A stretch of 64,000 bases of DNA from Candidatus Woesearchaeota archaeon. Its GTDB lineage: Archaea > Nanobdellota > Nanobdellia > Woesearchaeales > UBA10216. Below are positions 9,536 through 18,597 of this stretch, piece after piece (positions within the stretch are counted from its first letter, which is position 1; every line of letters begins with the position of its first letter). The position numbers were made by a program, and so were the translations under genes. Location of the stretch: contig JACPTG010000001.1 of NCBI GenBank assembly GCA_016192905.1, forward strand, positions 101,005 through 165,004, read 5' to 3'. Below the pieces are notes generated by a model. It searched no databases and had not been told where the DNA came from. It saw only the letters and a list, made by a program, of their open reading frames with translations.

Positions 9536-10806
9536 CCCTCCAAACCGCAAAGGGGACAAGGGACTTTCCGGCAGAACAGGCAATCGCCAGGCAAAGGATA
9601 GCGGGTGCCCTCAAGAGGATATTTGAAATTTATGGGTACAGCCCGCTTGAAACCCCGCTGATAGAAAGGTATGACGTGCTTGCAGCAAAGTATGCTGGCG
9701 GAGCTGAAATCCTGAAAGAGACGTTCAAGCTTACTGACCAGGGCGGAAGGGAGCTTGCCCTGAGGTATGACCTGACAGTGCCGATGTGCAGGTATCTTGC
9801 CATGAACCCCAACCTGAAGATGCCTTTCAAACGTTATCAGATGGGCGAAGTTTTCAGGGACGGGCCGATAAAGCTGGGGAGGTACAGGCAGTTCACCCAA
9901 TGTGACGTGGACATCGTAGGGGCAGCAAGCATGAAAGCCGACGCTGAGATTGTCAGCATTGCCCAATCTGCCTTTAGGGAGCTTGGGCTGGATGTCAAGA
10001 TAAAAATTAACAGCAGGAAAGTGCTGAACGGAATCCTTGATACAGCAAAAGTGAAGGAAAGCCTTGCTGAACCGGCCATACTTGCGCTGGACAAGCTGGA
10101 GAAATTCGGAGTGGAGGAAGTCAGGAAGGAACTGAAGGAAAAGAAAATTTCCGCCGAGTCAATCAAGGCCATTGAGGGACTGGTAGCTGTAAAAGGCAGC
10201 AATGAAAAGAAGATTGAACAGCTAAGGAAATCAATGAAATCGAAGCAAGGTGAGGAAGGTTTAAGGGAAATGGAAGAACTCCTTGCAAACATGGTGGACA
10301 CATCAAATGTTATCTTTGAGCCAAGCCTTGCCCGCGGCCTTGCATATTACACTGGCCCTGTATTTGAGGCATTCCCCATAGATTCTGAAGTAAAATCATC
10401 ATTGGCAGGCGGTGGAAGATACGATAAGCTGATAGGAAACTTCCTGGGGGAAAAGAAGGAATATCCTGCTGTTGGAATCTCATTCGGGCTGGATGCGATA
10501 AGTGAGGCTGCCAAAGCCGCATTGAGTGCAAAAACCTCGGCCAAATTATACGTCATTCCAATCAAGAATTACACTGCTGCAGCAAAGATTGCCGCGCAGT
10601 TCAGAGAGCAGGGAATAGCTACTGACATAGACCTGCTGGACCGGAGTGTTGGGAAAAACCTGGAATACGCCTCGGCAATGGGGATACCATTTGTGGCCAT
10701 AATCGGCGGGCAGGAAATCGGGCAGGGAAAGGTGAAGCTCAGGAATATGCGCACCGGAGAGGAAGCCCTGCTTGGCGCAAAGGAGGCTGCGGAAAGGATA
10801 AAATGA
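9532..10806 (+). CDS. hisS: histidyl-tRNA synthetase
   Basis: Class II aaRS motifs: FRDGPIKLGRYRQFTQCDVDIVG, GGGRYD; anticodon-binding C-terminal domain. Confidence 0.9.
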   Translation: MTLQTAKGTRDFPAEQAIARQRIAGALKRIFEIYGYSPLETPLIERYDVLAAKYAGGAEILKETFKLTDQGGRELALRYDLTVPMCRYLAMNPNLKMPFKRYQMGEVFRDGPIKLGRYRQFTQCDVDIVGAASMKADAEIVSIAQSAFRELGLDVKIKINSRKVLNGILDTAKVKESLAEPAILALDKLEKFGVEEVRKELKEKKISAESIKAIEGLVAVKGSNEKKIEQLRKSMKSKQGEEGLREMEELLANMVDTSNVIFEPSLARGLAYYTGPVFEAFPIDSEVKSSLAGGGRYDKLIGNFLGEKKEYPAVGISFGLDAISEAAKAALSAKTSAKLYVIPIKNYTAAAKIAAQFREQGIATDIDLLDRSVGKNLEYASAMGIPFVAIIGGQEIGQGKVKLRNMRTGEEALLGAKEAAERIK

Positions 10807-11150
10807 GGCATTTCAGCGTGGGAGGAACCAGAGGCTACTGGGGTGTCAAAGCATATGAATTCCAGGCCTTAAGGCAGATAATACCCACCAGGATAAGACA
10901 GATTCCCCCGCAGTATGGAAGAGGGCTTATCGCGGAAGTCGGGATAAATCCTGCACAGGATGGGCCTTCATACTTGGTTCTGCTTGCAGTCGGCAGCGAC
11001 GAGCCTGGCCTTGCCTCGTATGTCAGGATGCTCAGGATTACCGAGGGCAATCAAATTCCGGAAGGCAACGCAGATCTGGAACTCCTGGCCAGGGCCGTGC
11101 TGATTGACCTCGCAGGCATGTATGCCCAGGTTATGGATTCAGGCCGCTAA
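10803..11150 (+). CDS. hypothetical protein
   Basis: 115 aa ORF whose start overlaps the hisS stop; no motif recognised. Confidence 0.3.
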   Translation: MRHFSVGGTRGYWGVKAYEFQALRQIIPTRIRQIPPQYGRGLIAEVGINPAQDGPSYLVLLAVGSDEPGLASYVRMLRITEGNQIPEGNADLELLARAVLIDLAGMYAQVMDSGR

Positions 11151-12046
11151 ACCGCGGTCAGAACCTCGCATCCATCCTTCCTTACCAGAACAGTATGCTC
11201 TGCCTGGCTGACCAGGCCATGGTTCCTTTCGACCAGAGGGGGAAACACCTGAACGCAGCCTGCCGAGATAAGCTGGCGCAGGGCGAAATTAACCTTAAAA
11301 GTGTTGCCTTCCAGCCATCTCCGGGCAAAAGGAAGGCCCTCGTACTTCTGGATTTCAGCAAGCAGCTGCCTGGCATCGCTGGAGCGGACAGGCTTTTTGG
11401 CGACCTGCATGAAAACAGTGGGAGTGGTGGACTCATAAATCGAGCCAGAGCCATTAGTGGCGAATGGTTCAATGGCGATAAACTGGCCGTCATAAAGCAG
11501 CTCCTCATCGCGGTTGTCAAAATTTGGGACAGTCGGGCTGGTATGCACCTGGAATTTCCCGATGCCGTGGCCTGAAAGGTTGATGATTGGCCTGTAGCCG
11601 TAAGAGTTAATTTTCTGCTCGATAACCCTTCCCAGCTCATTAAGCCTCACTCCTGCCTTTGCAACAGACACTGCGGCGGCCAACGCATCCTTGGATGCTG
11701 CCACCAGCTTTTCATGCCTGCCGGAAAGGTCCACTGTTGCAGCTGTATCGCCAAGGAATCCATCAACACTCGCCCCCACATCCAGCTTAACAACCTGGTC
11801 TGAAAGAATCAGCTTATCCTCAGCATCAGGGCAGAAATGGGCCGCCACATCATTCAGCGATACCTGGCTGGGGAAGGAGGGCCTTGCGCCCAGGGAAAAT
11901 ATCTTCTTGTCCACAGCATCGCATACTTCAAGCACAGAAGCCCCGGGCTTTATCAGCGAAAGGCCGTACTGCAGTGCTTCTGCTGAGATTTTGCCAGCCT
12001 GGCGCCACTTTGCAAGGTCTTCCTCGGAGTAAAAAATTTCATCCAT
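11147..12046 (-). CDS. map: methionine aminopeptidase type 2 (archaeal)
   Basis: 299 aa; pita-bread fold motifs (HGIGKFQVH, FAIEPF), typical archaeal MAP2 length. Confidence 0.8.
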   Translation of the reverse strand: MDEIFYSEEDLAKWRQAGKISAEALQYGLSLIKPGASVLEVCDAVDKKIFSLGARPSFPSQVSLNDVAAHFCPDAEDKLILSDQVVKLDVGASVDGFLGDTAATVDLSGRHEKLVAASKDALAAAVSVAKAGVRLNELGRVIEQKINSYGYRPIINLSGHGIGKFQVHTSPTVPNFDNRDEELLYDGQFIAIEPFATNGSGSIYESTTPTVFMQVAKKPVRSSDARQLLAEIQKYEGLPFARRWLEGNTFKVNFALRQLISAGCVQVFPPLVERNHGLVSQAEHTVLVRKDGCEVLTAV

Positions 12047-12097
12047 GGTGAAACGCAGGATACATCGGATATAAATAGGTTATCCGAAGTTATTGGG

Positions 12098-12196
12098 CGC
12101 CGGGTAAGGGATCTCCGCACAAGGTTTCGAACCCTTAAGGTGAGTGGCACCACCTGCTTAGGAGGCAGGCGCGGCTACCAGTTTCGCCAACCCGGC
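12098..12196 (-). tRNA. atypical tRNA-like gene; the anticodon arm is consistent with Arg(CCT), and about 25 extra nt suggest non-canonical intron(s) in the variable or T-loop region
   Basis: Reverse complement GCCGGGT..GCGAAACTGGTAGCCGC..CCTGC CTCCTAA GCAGG..AAGGG TTCGAAA[CCTTGTGCGGAGAT]CCCTT ACCCGGC G; the acceptor pairs perfectly. Confidence 0.4.
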
Positions 12197-12443
12197 TTTG
12201 CCCGGTATTGTTTTGTGGCGGCAACTTTTATGCTTTGCCACCGATTTGCCGGAAAAACGTCAGCTGCCCTCGGAAAAAGCATTAACTATGGCGGAAGAAT
12301 TTTGCTTTTTGCCGCTTATTCCGAAATTTTTGCGGTAGATTCGGAAAAAAATCCCGGCGAAAAAGCAAAAGGCTTAAATAAACCAGAGCCATTCATTCCA
12401 GTTTGTGGCGCCATCGCTTGGGAAGGAAGGCGCGGCTGCCTTC

Positions 12444-13097
12444 CTATTCTTCTGACATCAGCTCAAGAAAAGTCTGGTGGGCGTTAAGCAGGTCGGTCTC
12501 GTCAATGAACCAGAGGAGCTCAGGCACGCAGGTCATTGACTCAACAATGTTAATGCCCCTGTTGGCAAGCTCTGTGTTGAAGATGGCAAGGATTCCCGGA
12601 ACTTTGGAGCTTACAGGGTCGAGATGGACATTAACCTCGGCCAGATTTTTTTCCATATGAATAATCTTGTTCTTCGTGAAGAGCTCTGAAACCGCAGCCG
12701 CGTTCCTCTGGTCAACAACAACCTTCAGGAGCTCCTCAGCCTGGATAATCCTGAGCGCCTCCCCTCGGCTGTAATCTATGAGGGAAAAAAGCCTCGGGAT
12801 TGCTTCCTGGACTGATGAGTCCTTTTTCAGCGCGATGATGGCGATGTGGTTCCTTGTGGTGATTTTCGCGTTCCTGATTAAGGTAATTGCCTTGCTGAAC
12901 CTTGGCTCGGCATCTTTTGAGCCTGACTCAATCCTGCGCAATGCGCTTATGACTGCGTCAATGCTTGCTGACAGGCGAGCCTGTGATTTTATATATGCCG
13001 CGGCAGAGCGGATATTGACAATGCCCCGGCTCAAGTCCTTTCTTAGGGCCAAGTCCTGCTCAACAAACCGATGGACCGACTTTGAAATATTTGCCAT
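12444..13097 (-). CDS. ACT domain-containing regulatory protein
   Basis: C-terminal GILAIFNTELANRGINIVESMTCVPELLWFIDETD resembles an ACT fold; 217 aa. Confidence 0.4.
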   Translation of the reverse strand: MANISKSVHRFVEQDLALRKDLSRGIVNIRSAAAYIKSQARLSASIDAVISALRRIESGSKDAEPRFSKAITLIRNAKITTRNHIAIIALKKDSSVQEAIPRLFSLIDYSRGEALRIIQAEELLKVVVDQRNAAAVSELFTKNKIIHMEKNLAEVNVHLDPVSSKVPGILAIFNTELANRGINIVESMTCVPELLWFIDETDLLNAHQTFLELMSEE

Positions 13098-13183
13098 TTA
13101 TGACACAAAAAAAGGCCTGTTTATAATTTTTGTGCCTTTTTTGTCATATGATTTAAATATAGCTGGCTTTCTCTCCAGGTGAA

Positions 13184-13582
13184 ATGGTAACTGCTGTACC
13201 GAAAACAGAAGAGCTTTCAGTGGATGATATTGCAGGCAGAATCACTTACCGGCCTGGAGGAATCGTCAAGGTAACTGGGCAGATAATCAATGGGACGCAT
13301 AATGGAAGAGTTGTCCCAAGCTTCGGCGTAATGGTGCACATTCCGGTTCCAGGCAGGAATGGCGGGGTGGCTGCACTATTCTATACTGAGCCTGGAGAAG
13401 CAGGCACGCGTGTAAGAATTGGAACCTACTCAGACATGCCAAACGGAGTTGGCAGGGACTATGGCACCGGGATGAGCATTTTGCCGGCACATGAGTCGCG
13501 TGAAAGAATAGAATATGGCTATGCCAATATTGATGATGCCGTTGAGGCTGTTAATTCCAGGGCAGCAGAAATGTACAAGTAA
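13184..13582 (+). CDS. hypothetical protein
   Basis: 132 aa ORF with a clean start; Gly-rich; no family recognised. Confidence 0.35.
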   Translation: MVTAVPKTEELSVDDIAGRITYRPGGIVKVTGQIINGTHNGRVVPSFGVMVHIPVPGRNGGVAALFYTEPGEAGTRVRIGTYSDMPNGVGRDYGTGMSILPAHESRERIEYGYANIDDAVEAVNSRAAEMYK

Positions 13583-13591
13583 GAAAATTAA

Positions 13592-13774
13592 CTACTTCCC
13601 CTTCATCTCTGCGTATCCGCACCTGCCGCAGCTAACCCTGTTGTTATGCTCGCCGAGGAACACGCCCTGACCGCACTTTGGACAGGTCTTGTTCTTCCTT
13701 TTCAGGCCAGCCTTTGAATCGTAAAGCTTCCATACCTGCATCGCCCCTGAACTCTTCTTTTCAGCCATCTTCAC
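13592..13774 (-). CDS. rps27ae: ribosomal protein S27a (eS31)
   Basis: CPKCG...CGRCG zinc ribbon, 60 aa, in the conserved S27ae-S24e operon. Confidence 0.8.
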   Translation of the reverse strand: MKMAEKKSSGAMQVWKLYDSKAGLKRKNKTCPKCGQGVFLGEHNNRVSCGRCGYAEMKGK

Positions 13775-14091
13775 GCCTTTGCCGCTGCCTTTGCAGCCTT
13801 CTTCTCTCTCAGGCCCTGGCGCCTCAGGACAACGACAGACTCTGTCTTGTCCAGCGCCTCTGCCGAGGCATAGACATGCGCCTCAAACATTGCCTTGGTA
13901 TTTCCAAAAACAGTCCGCAGCGAGGCAACAGAAACGCATCCCGCGTCAGCCTTCAGGGCTTCGGCAAGCTTTTTCCTGAGCTCTGCCCTGGCTGGCGTTG
14001 CGCCTGAAAATCCGACATAGCCCCTTACCAGCTTCCTTGACAGCAGGGGCTGTTCCTCTCTTTTTTCCACCTTTATTTCCATCAGATTCAC
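13771..14091 (-). CDS. rps24e: ribosomal protein S24e
   Basis: KREEQPLLSRKLVRGYVGFSGATPARAELRKKLAEAL, typical S24e. Confidence 0.85.
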   Translation of the reverse strand: MNLMEIKVEKREEQPLLSRKLVRGYVGFSGATPARAELRKKLAEALKADAGCVSVASLRTVFGNTKAMFEAHVYASAEALDKTESVVVLRRQGLREKKAAKAAAKA

Positions 14092-14273
14092 CTTGACTTC
14101 AGGGCGTACTCGCCTGCAGCGCGGAGGCCCATCTTCCTTGACACCACAGACTTCTCATGGTCAAGGACGTTAATCCTGCCTTGCCAGCTTGTGTTGAACT
14201 GGTTGCCCTTGCAAAGCGGGCATTCGCTTTCCTCGACAAAAAGCTTGCATGACTTGCATATCCTCTTCTTCAT
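14088..14273 (-). CDS. spt4: transcription elongation factor Spt4 / RNAP subunit E''
   Basis: Zinc ribbon CKSCK...CPLCKG, 61 aa, immediately downstream of rpoE. Confidence 0.75.
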   Translation of the reverse strand: MKKRICKSCKLFVEESECPLCKGNQFNTSWQGRINVLDHEKSVVSRKMGLRAAGEYALKSR

Positions 14274-14827
14274 TTTTCACCCTTGGAATCCTTTCCGGAT
14301 TCCTCCTCCAGCCACTCAAGCTTGCCAAGCCCTGGCTGCCTCATGGTCAGGCCGAGCTTTGGATTTGTAACATCCTTAAAGCTCACTGCAATCATTCTTG
14401 CCCTGCACCTGTCGCCGACCTTCAGCGTATGCTTGCTGTCCTTGCCAACGAGCACCTTGTCCTTGCTGAAGCTTACAAAGTCATCCATTGTCTGCGATAT
14501 GTGCACCATGCCATCTATGGGGCCTAAGTTCATGAAGGCGCCGAAGTCAGCAACATCCCTTACCCTGCCAAGCACGACCTCCTGAAGCTCAGGCTTGTAC
14601 ACATAAAGCGAAAACTTTGCCTCGTAAAAGGGCCCGCCATCACCGGGTATAAGCACGCCCTCGCCGACCTCTGAAATGTCCGCGAGGTCAATCACGATTC
14701 CAAGCTCTGCGGAGATGTAGCCGTCGTACTTCTTCTTTATCCTGGCCGCGATTGCCTCCTCAAGCGGAAGGCTGAAGAGGGCGGGCGGCACTCTGATGTG
14801 GTCGCTCAGCGTAACCTTGTAAAACAT
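14270..14827 (-). CDS. rpoE: DNA-directed RNA polymerase subunit E' (Rpb7 homologue)
   Basis: MFYKVTLSDHIRVPP N-terminus and an S1-like C-terminal domain; 185 aa. Confidence 0.85.
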   Translation of the reverse strand: MFYKVTLSDHIRVPPALFSLPLEEAIAARIKKKYDGYISAELGIVIDLADISEVGEGVLIPGDGGPFYEAKFSLYVYKPELQEVVLGRVRDVADFGAFMNLGPIDGMVHISQTMDDFVSFSKDKVLVGKDSKHTLKVGDRCRARMIAVSFKDVTNPKLGLTMRQPGLGKLEWLEEESGKDSKGEK

Positions 14828-14829
14828 TT

Positions 14830-15240
14830 TTAGTTCTCCGATAACATTAGGTATTTTTTCTGCCTCAGCACCAGAAGGCGCACTCCCTTCCTCCTGAGGG
14901 CTGACTGTAAAGCCCGGTCCTGGGTGGCTGCAATGGCGCCACGGCCAGCATAATTAAGGATGATTTGGTCGACATTTTTAAAGCTTATGTTTTTTGTATC
15001 TATCACCCGCACCTTTTTTGCGTCGAGAAGCCGCAGGGCGAGCAGGGCAGCTTCTTTGTCCCTGCCCTTCTGGTGGAGGGCAATCCCCTTAAGCTCCCCA
15101 ATGGTCAGATCCAGCACCGCCAGCTCGTAGGCGAAGCCACAGACCCTTTCAATCTCGCTGAAGATGTCAACCCTGAACTGGCCGGGTATCAGCAGGAAGT
15201 TGGTGTCAAGGAGGACAGTTATCATCTGATTAGGGGCCAT
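14830..15240 (-). CDS. PIN domain protein
   Basis: MITVLLDTNFLL N-terminus; conserved archaeal PIN gene adjacent to rpoE. Confidence 0.6.
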   Translation of the reverse strand: MAPNQMITVLLDTNFLLIPGQFRVDIFSEIERVCGFAYELAVLDLTIGELKGIALHQKGRDKEAALLALRLLDAKKVRVIDTKNISFKNVDQIILNYAGRGAIAATQDRALQSALRRKGVRLLVLRQKKYLMLSEN

Positions 15241-15248
15241 TCCTGCAT

Positions 15249-15794
15249 TTAAATAAGTGATGCGAATTCCTTAGGCGGCTGGTAAAAGGCAACCACAGGG
15301 ACTCTTGAGGAGCCCACTGTCATCACGCATGCAGGAATATCCGCACTTTTCGCGCAGCCTGCCAGGTCCTTTAAGGCTCCAACCAGATACCTGGCAGCCG
15401 CCGGGGCATCATACTCAGCCACGGAGTTCCAATGGATTACTGCGGTAAAATCATATCTTCTCATGGCCTCTTCAAGCCTGCGTGCCTCAGCCCTTGGCAT
15501 CATTTCAAGCATCGCTCTTTCGGGAAGGCTGATTTTTGCATGGGGAAGAAGCTGCAGACGGACGGGCAGCTCAAGGTGCGTGGCCGTAACAATCGTACCC
15601 CCACCTTCATTGGCAGAGGGGCGCACACTCAAATCGTACTTTCCTGTCCCATACAGAAGTGACGCAATCGTTTCAACGAGAGCCTTAAACGTCATGGGGC
15701 AATTATCATAAACTCCCCAGTCAGCAGTCAGCCTCTCATCAGGGCATGCTTCCAACTCAGCCAGCAGCCTGTCAATAGTCATATACTGAACCAT
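15249..15794 (-). CDS. conserved hypothetical protein
   Basis: 181 aa; tightly linked upstream of the PIN-rpoE-spt4 operon. Confidence 0.35.
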   Translation of the reverse strand: MVQYMTIDRLLAELEACPDERLTADWGVYDNCPMTFKALVETIASLLYGTGKYDLSVRPSANEGGGTIVTATHLELPVRLQLLPHAKISLPERAMLEMMPRAEARRLEEAMRRYDFTAVIHWNSVAEYDAPAAARYLVGALKDLAGCAKSADIPACVMTVGSSRVPVVAFYQPPKEFASLI

Positions 15795-15851
15795 AGGAAG
15801 AGGGGAATTGGCAGGGGCTTATATGTGTTGCCTATGCATGATGAAGTAAGA

Positions 15852-17186
15852 CTATTTTCCATCCATATACTTTAAGTCAAACAGATAAACATCCTCCTTT
15901 ATGCTCTCCTTGAAGCTTTTTGCGAATACGGCATAGTATTCCTTTCTGCCCTCTCTGTTCCAGTCAACATGGCGGGCTTTCTCCTTCAAATCATCCAGGA
16001 CCTTTTTGGCGTTCACCTTTTCCTGCCATTTGCACTCTGCAAAAAGTATTTGCTTAGTATTTGCATCAAGGGCAACTATGTCGATTTCCCTCTCTTTGCG
16101 CCACCATTTGCCTACTTTTGTAAACTGGAAGATGTTTTTCCTCTCCTTAATCAAGAATTGTCTGGCCACATCCTCAAAAACGCCACCCAAATAACTGCTG
16201 TAGTCACTTTTGACCATGTTCACGTCAAATATCCCTTCTTCAAGCGAACTCAGGTTGGGATAAATATACCTGAACCAAAACCTGAGAAAATTGTCAGACA
16301 GGTAGTACCTGCCGTGCCGTGACTTGATGTTTTCTGTAACTGGAACTGCCCTTTTAATCATTCCAACTTCTATAAGGTTTTTCAGATAAGGGCTTAAATC
16401 CGTTCTCTTAACCCTGATAAAATCCTTAATCTCGTTTAATTTTGTCCTGCCATTGGCAATCGCCTCCAGGATTAACCTGTATGTTCCTGCATCCTCAAAC
16501 TCATACCTAATGAGGAAATCCACCTCGTCCCTCAGAAAGCTCTTTTCTTTTTTGATTTCAAGCCGGAGCCATGGCCAGAAATCCTTATCCACCTTTACCA
16601 GATAAAAGGGAATTCCATCAGCAAAGCCATAAATTTCCATCAGTTCCTTCATTCGCATGCCTGGAAAAAACATGCGGAGGTCCGAAAAGGAAACCGCCCT
16701 TAATGCCAATGCGCCGGTTTTCCTTCCATAAAGCGGGCTTTTGTAATCCAGCACTTTTGAAGTCATCATTGAAACAGACGAGCCCAATAAAAACAGTTTC
16801 AGTTTGGAGTTTTTCAGTATTGTGTCTGTTATTGCCTGAAACACGTTTAGTATGCTTTCATTTTCCCGTATAAGGTTCTGAAACTCATCTATAACAACAG
16901 CATCAACCTTATCCTTCAGAAATTCAAATGCTGCCTCCCAATCCATTTTCAGCCTTGAAATCTCCGGGAATTGGCGGATGCAAACCGCGTAAAACCTCTC
17001 CAAATTTCTTTCGCCAACAGCGAGGAAATAGAGCCTTTTGCTGCTCTCTGTAGCCTTCAGAATGAGTTCTGTTTTGCCGATTCTTCGCCTGCCATAAACG
17101 ATTAGAAGCTCAAATTTCCCGCTTTCCATGACTTCGCTTATTTCAGTAAGTTCCCTCTCCCTGTTCCTGAAATTCTGTATAACCAT
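15852..17186 (-). CDS. archaeal AAA+ ATPase with C-terminal DUF234; the ORF extends to 17504 but the start is probably MVIQNF
   Basis: Walker A LIVYGRRRIGKTELI; C-terminal FTKVGKWWRKEREIDIVALD..AECKWQ DUF234 motif. Confidence 0.7.
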   Translation of the reverse strand: MVIQNFRNRERELTEISEVMESGKFELLIVYGRRRIGKTELILKATESSKRLYFLAVGERNLERFYAVCIRQFPEISRLKMDWEAAFEFLKDKVDAVVIDEFQNLIRENESILNVFQAITDTILKNSKLKLFLLGSSVSMMTSKVLDYKSPLYGRKTGALALRAVSFSDLRMFFPGMRMKELMEIYGFADGIPFYLVKVDKDFWPWLRLEIKKEKSFLRDEVDFLIRYEFEDAGTYRLILEAIANGRTKLNEIKDFIRVKRTDLSPYLKNLIEVGMIKRAVPVTENIKSRHGRYYLSDNFLRFWFRYIYPNLSSLEEGIFDVNMVKSDYSSYLGGVFEDVARQFLIKERKNIFQFTKVGKWWRKEREIDIVALDANTKQILFAECKWQEKVNAKKVLDDLKEKARHVDWNREGRKEYYAVFAKSFKESIKEDVYLFDLKYMDGK

Positions 17187-17259
17187 TATTATACTAATTT
17201 GGATTATACTATTTAAATGTTTCGATTCCCGGATTCCCAGTCTGATTTTGGGAACGTGA

Positions 17260-17745
17260 CTAGTATCCAAGCCTCTCCATAAGCAAAGGCTCAATCGGCT
17301 CCAGCCTGAAGGCATCGCAGTAGTCATGCAGCAAACCTGGAGACAGAGGAATTTCTGCAGCTGGAACGTCCTGCTGCCGGGCAGCATGCCTCCTAACCTC
17401 GCCTTCGAGCCTGGATACAGGAAACCTTGAGGCGCAATCCATCTCGTCAAGCAACTCGCCTTGTTCACTAAGCAAGTAGGCCAAAACCGTTGCTGCCCGC
17501 ACAACTTCCCTGTTCCTGGGGCTTACACGGGTTTGAAGCCATTGCGCAGCGTAATTCCAGGGAAAATCAAACACTTCAGGGGCAGAGACAGATCTGTTCA
17601 TATAACGGCCTGCACCATAAATCGCCCTTGAAAGGTTAAACCGCGGTGACCCCCAAAATTCGACAAACTGTCTCTCATATTCAGACAGTTGAACGCCCTG
17701 AAGCAGCCTACCCAAACCGTCCTGTACATCCAGCACTCCACGCAC
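17260..17745 (-). CDS. hypothetical protein, third gene of the zinc-ribbon/nuclease operon
   Basis: 161 aa; start lies 3 nt after the stop of the upstream gene. Confidence 0.4.
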   Translation of the reverse strand: MRGVLDVQDGLGRLLQGVQLSEYERQFVEFWGSPRFNLSRAIYGAGRYMNRSVSAPEVFDFPWNYAAQWLQTRVSPRNREVVRAATVLAYLLSEQGELLDEMDCASRFPVSRLEGEVRRHAARQQDVPAAEIPLSPGLLHDYCDAFRLEPIEPLLMERLGY

Positions 17746-17748
17746 CTC

Positions 17749-18543
17749 CTATACCATAAAATACTGTTCCAGCTTGCGGTCCTTCCCCAGCTCTTCCCTG
17801 ATTGCCGCCTTAACCCCTTTCTGCTTTAGGAGCTCATTCAGAAGCCTGCTGCCTGAACGCTTTGTAAGGATTTCCTCCAATGCCTTGGCCAGCTTGTCAG
17901 GCTGCCTCAGCGAGGACTCCTTCAGCAGCTCCATAAGCAGCTGCTCACTGGACTGCTTCCTGAAAACGCGCCTCCCTGCTTCCTTGGCAAGGAGTTCCTT
18001 GATAAGAGCTTCCTTTGAAGAGCTGCTCATAGCCCTGTGGGGCGAAGGCGTTGTCAACAGTGCTGACATCCTGACCGGGTCAGCCATGAGGAGGAATTTA
18101 AGGATTTGCATGGTCCTGATGGTCTGGCTCTTATACCTTTGCTTGTCCAATCCGTTGATGATGTCAAACAGGACATCCTCAAACCTGACCACAGACACAT
18201 CCGCCAGGCGCACATTCTGGAAATTTGTGACAAGAACCTTCTCATAAGGCACCTCTGCGCCCAGGAAGTTCTCTATGTACGACTCAACTGCCTGAACCAC
18301 ATTCCTGTCGTTGAACAGCCTGAAAAGCTCATTCCTGTCGCTGTCAGAAAGCAGGCTGGATGAGACAGAGCAGGTGACCTCGACATGCATGACCTGATGC
18401 CCGCCCAGGCTCTTCACGGCAATGAAATCAATTACCCTTGAGCCTGCGTTTATGCCTGATACTGTAAAGAAGCCCCTCTTGTTCAGCCATAGATTGACAA
18501 TCTCCCGCTCAGGAGTCATTAGTTTGGCACCCCGTTCAGGCAT
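17749..18543 (-). CDS. PD-(D/E)xK nuclease-fold protein (Hjc-like N-terminal domain) with a long helical C-terminal extension
   Basis: N-terminus EREIVNLWLNKRGFFTVSGINAGSRVIDFIAVK...HVEVT resembles the Hjc/restriction endonuclease fold (ERELV..L...GF.V.R..GS...DLIA...IEVK). Confidence 0.45.
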   Translation of the reverse strand: MPERGAKLMTPEREIVNLWLNKRGFFTVSGINAGSRVIDFIAVKSLGGHQVMHVEVTCSVSSSLLSDSDRNELFRLFNDRNVVQAVESYIENFLGAEVPYEKVLVTNFQNVRLADVSVVRFEDVLFDIINGLDKQRYKSQTIRTMQILKFLLMADPVRMSALLTTPSPHRAMSSSSKEALIKELLAKEAGRRVFRKQSSEQLLMELLKESSLRQPDKLAKALEEILTKRSGSRLLNELLKQKGVKAAIREELGKDRKLEQYFMV

Positions 18544-18597
18544 AAGTCAGCCTATCTATAAAAAAGTTGTCTGAAAGTGTCAAAGAAAAAGGCAGGG

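Noticed and set aside
9388-10811. Minus-strand ORFs (9388..9966, 9837..10301, 10310..10565, 10569..10811) within vapC/hisS
   Set aside because: They are antisense to hisS, which carries clear class II aaRS motifs
12098-12440. Considered SRP RNA or RNase P RNA next to the tRNA-like gene
   Set aside because: The region is too short and lacks the conserved SRP domain IV and RNase P CR-I/CR-V motifs that I could recognise; tRNA-like arms explain 12098..12196
12140-12487. 115-aa + ORF across the intergenic repeat region
   Set aside because: It spans a repeat-rich, low-complexity intergenic region and overlaps the tRNA-like gene; unlikely to be coding
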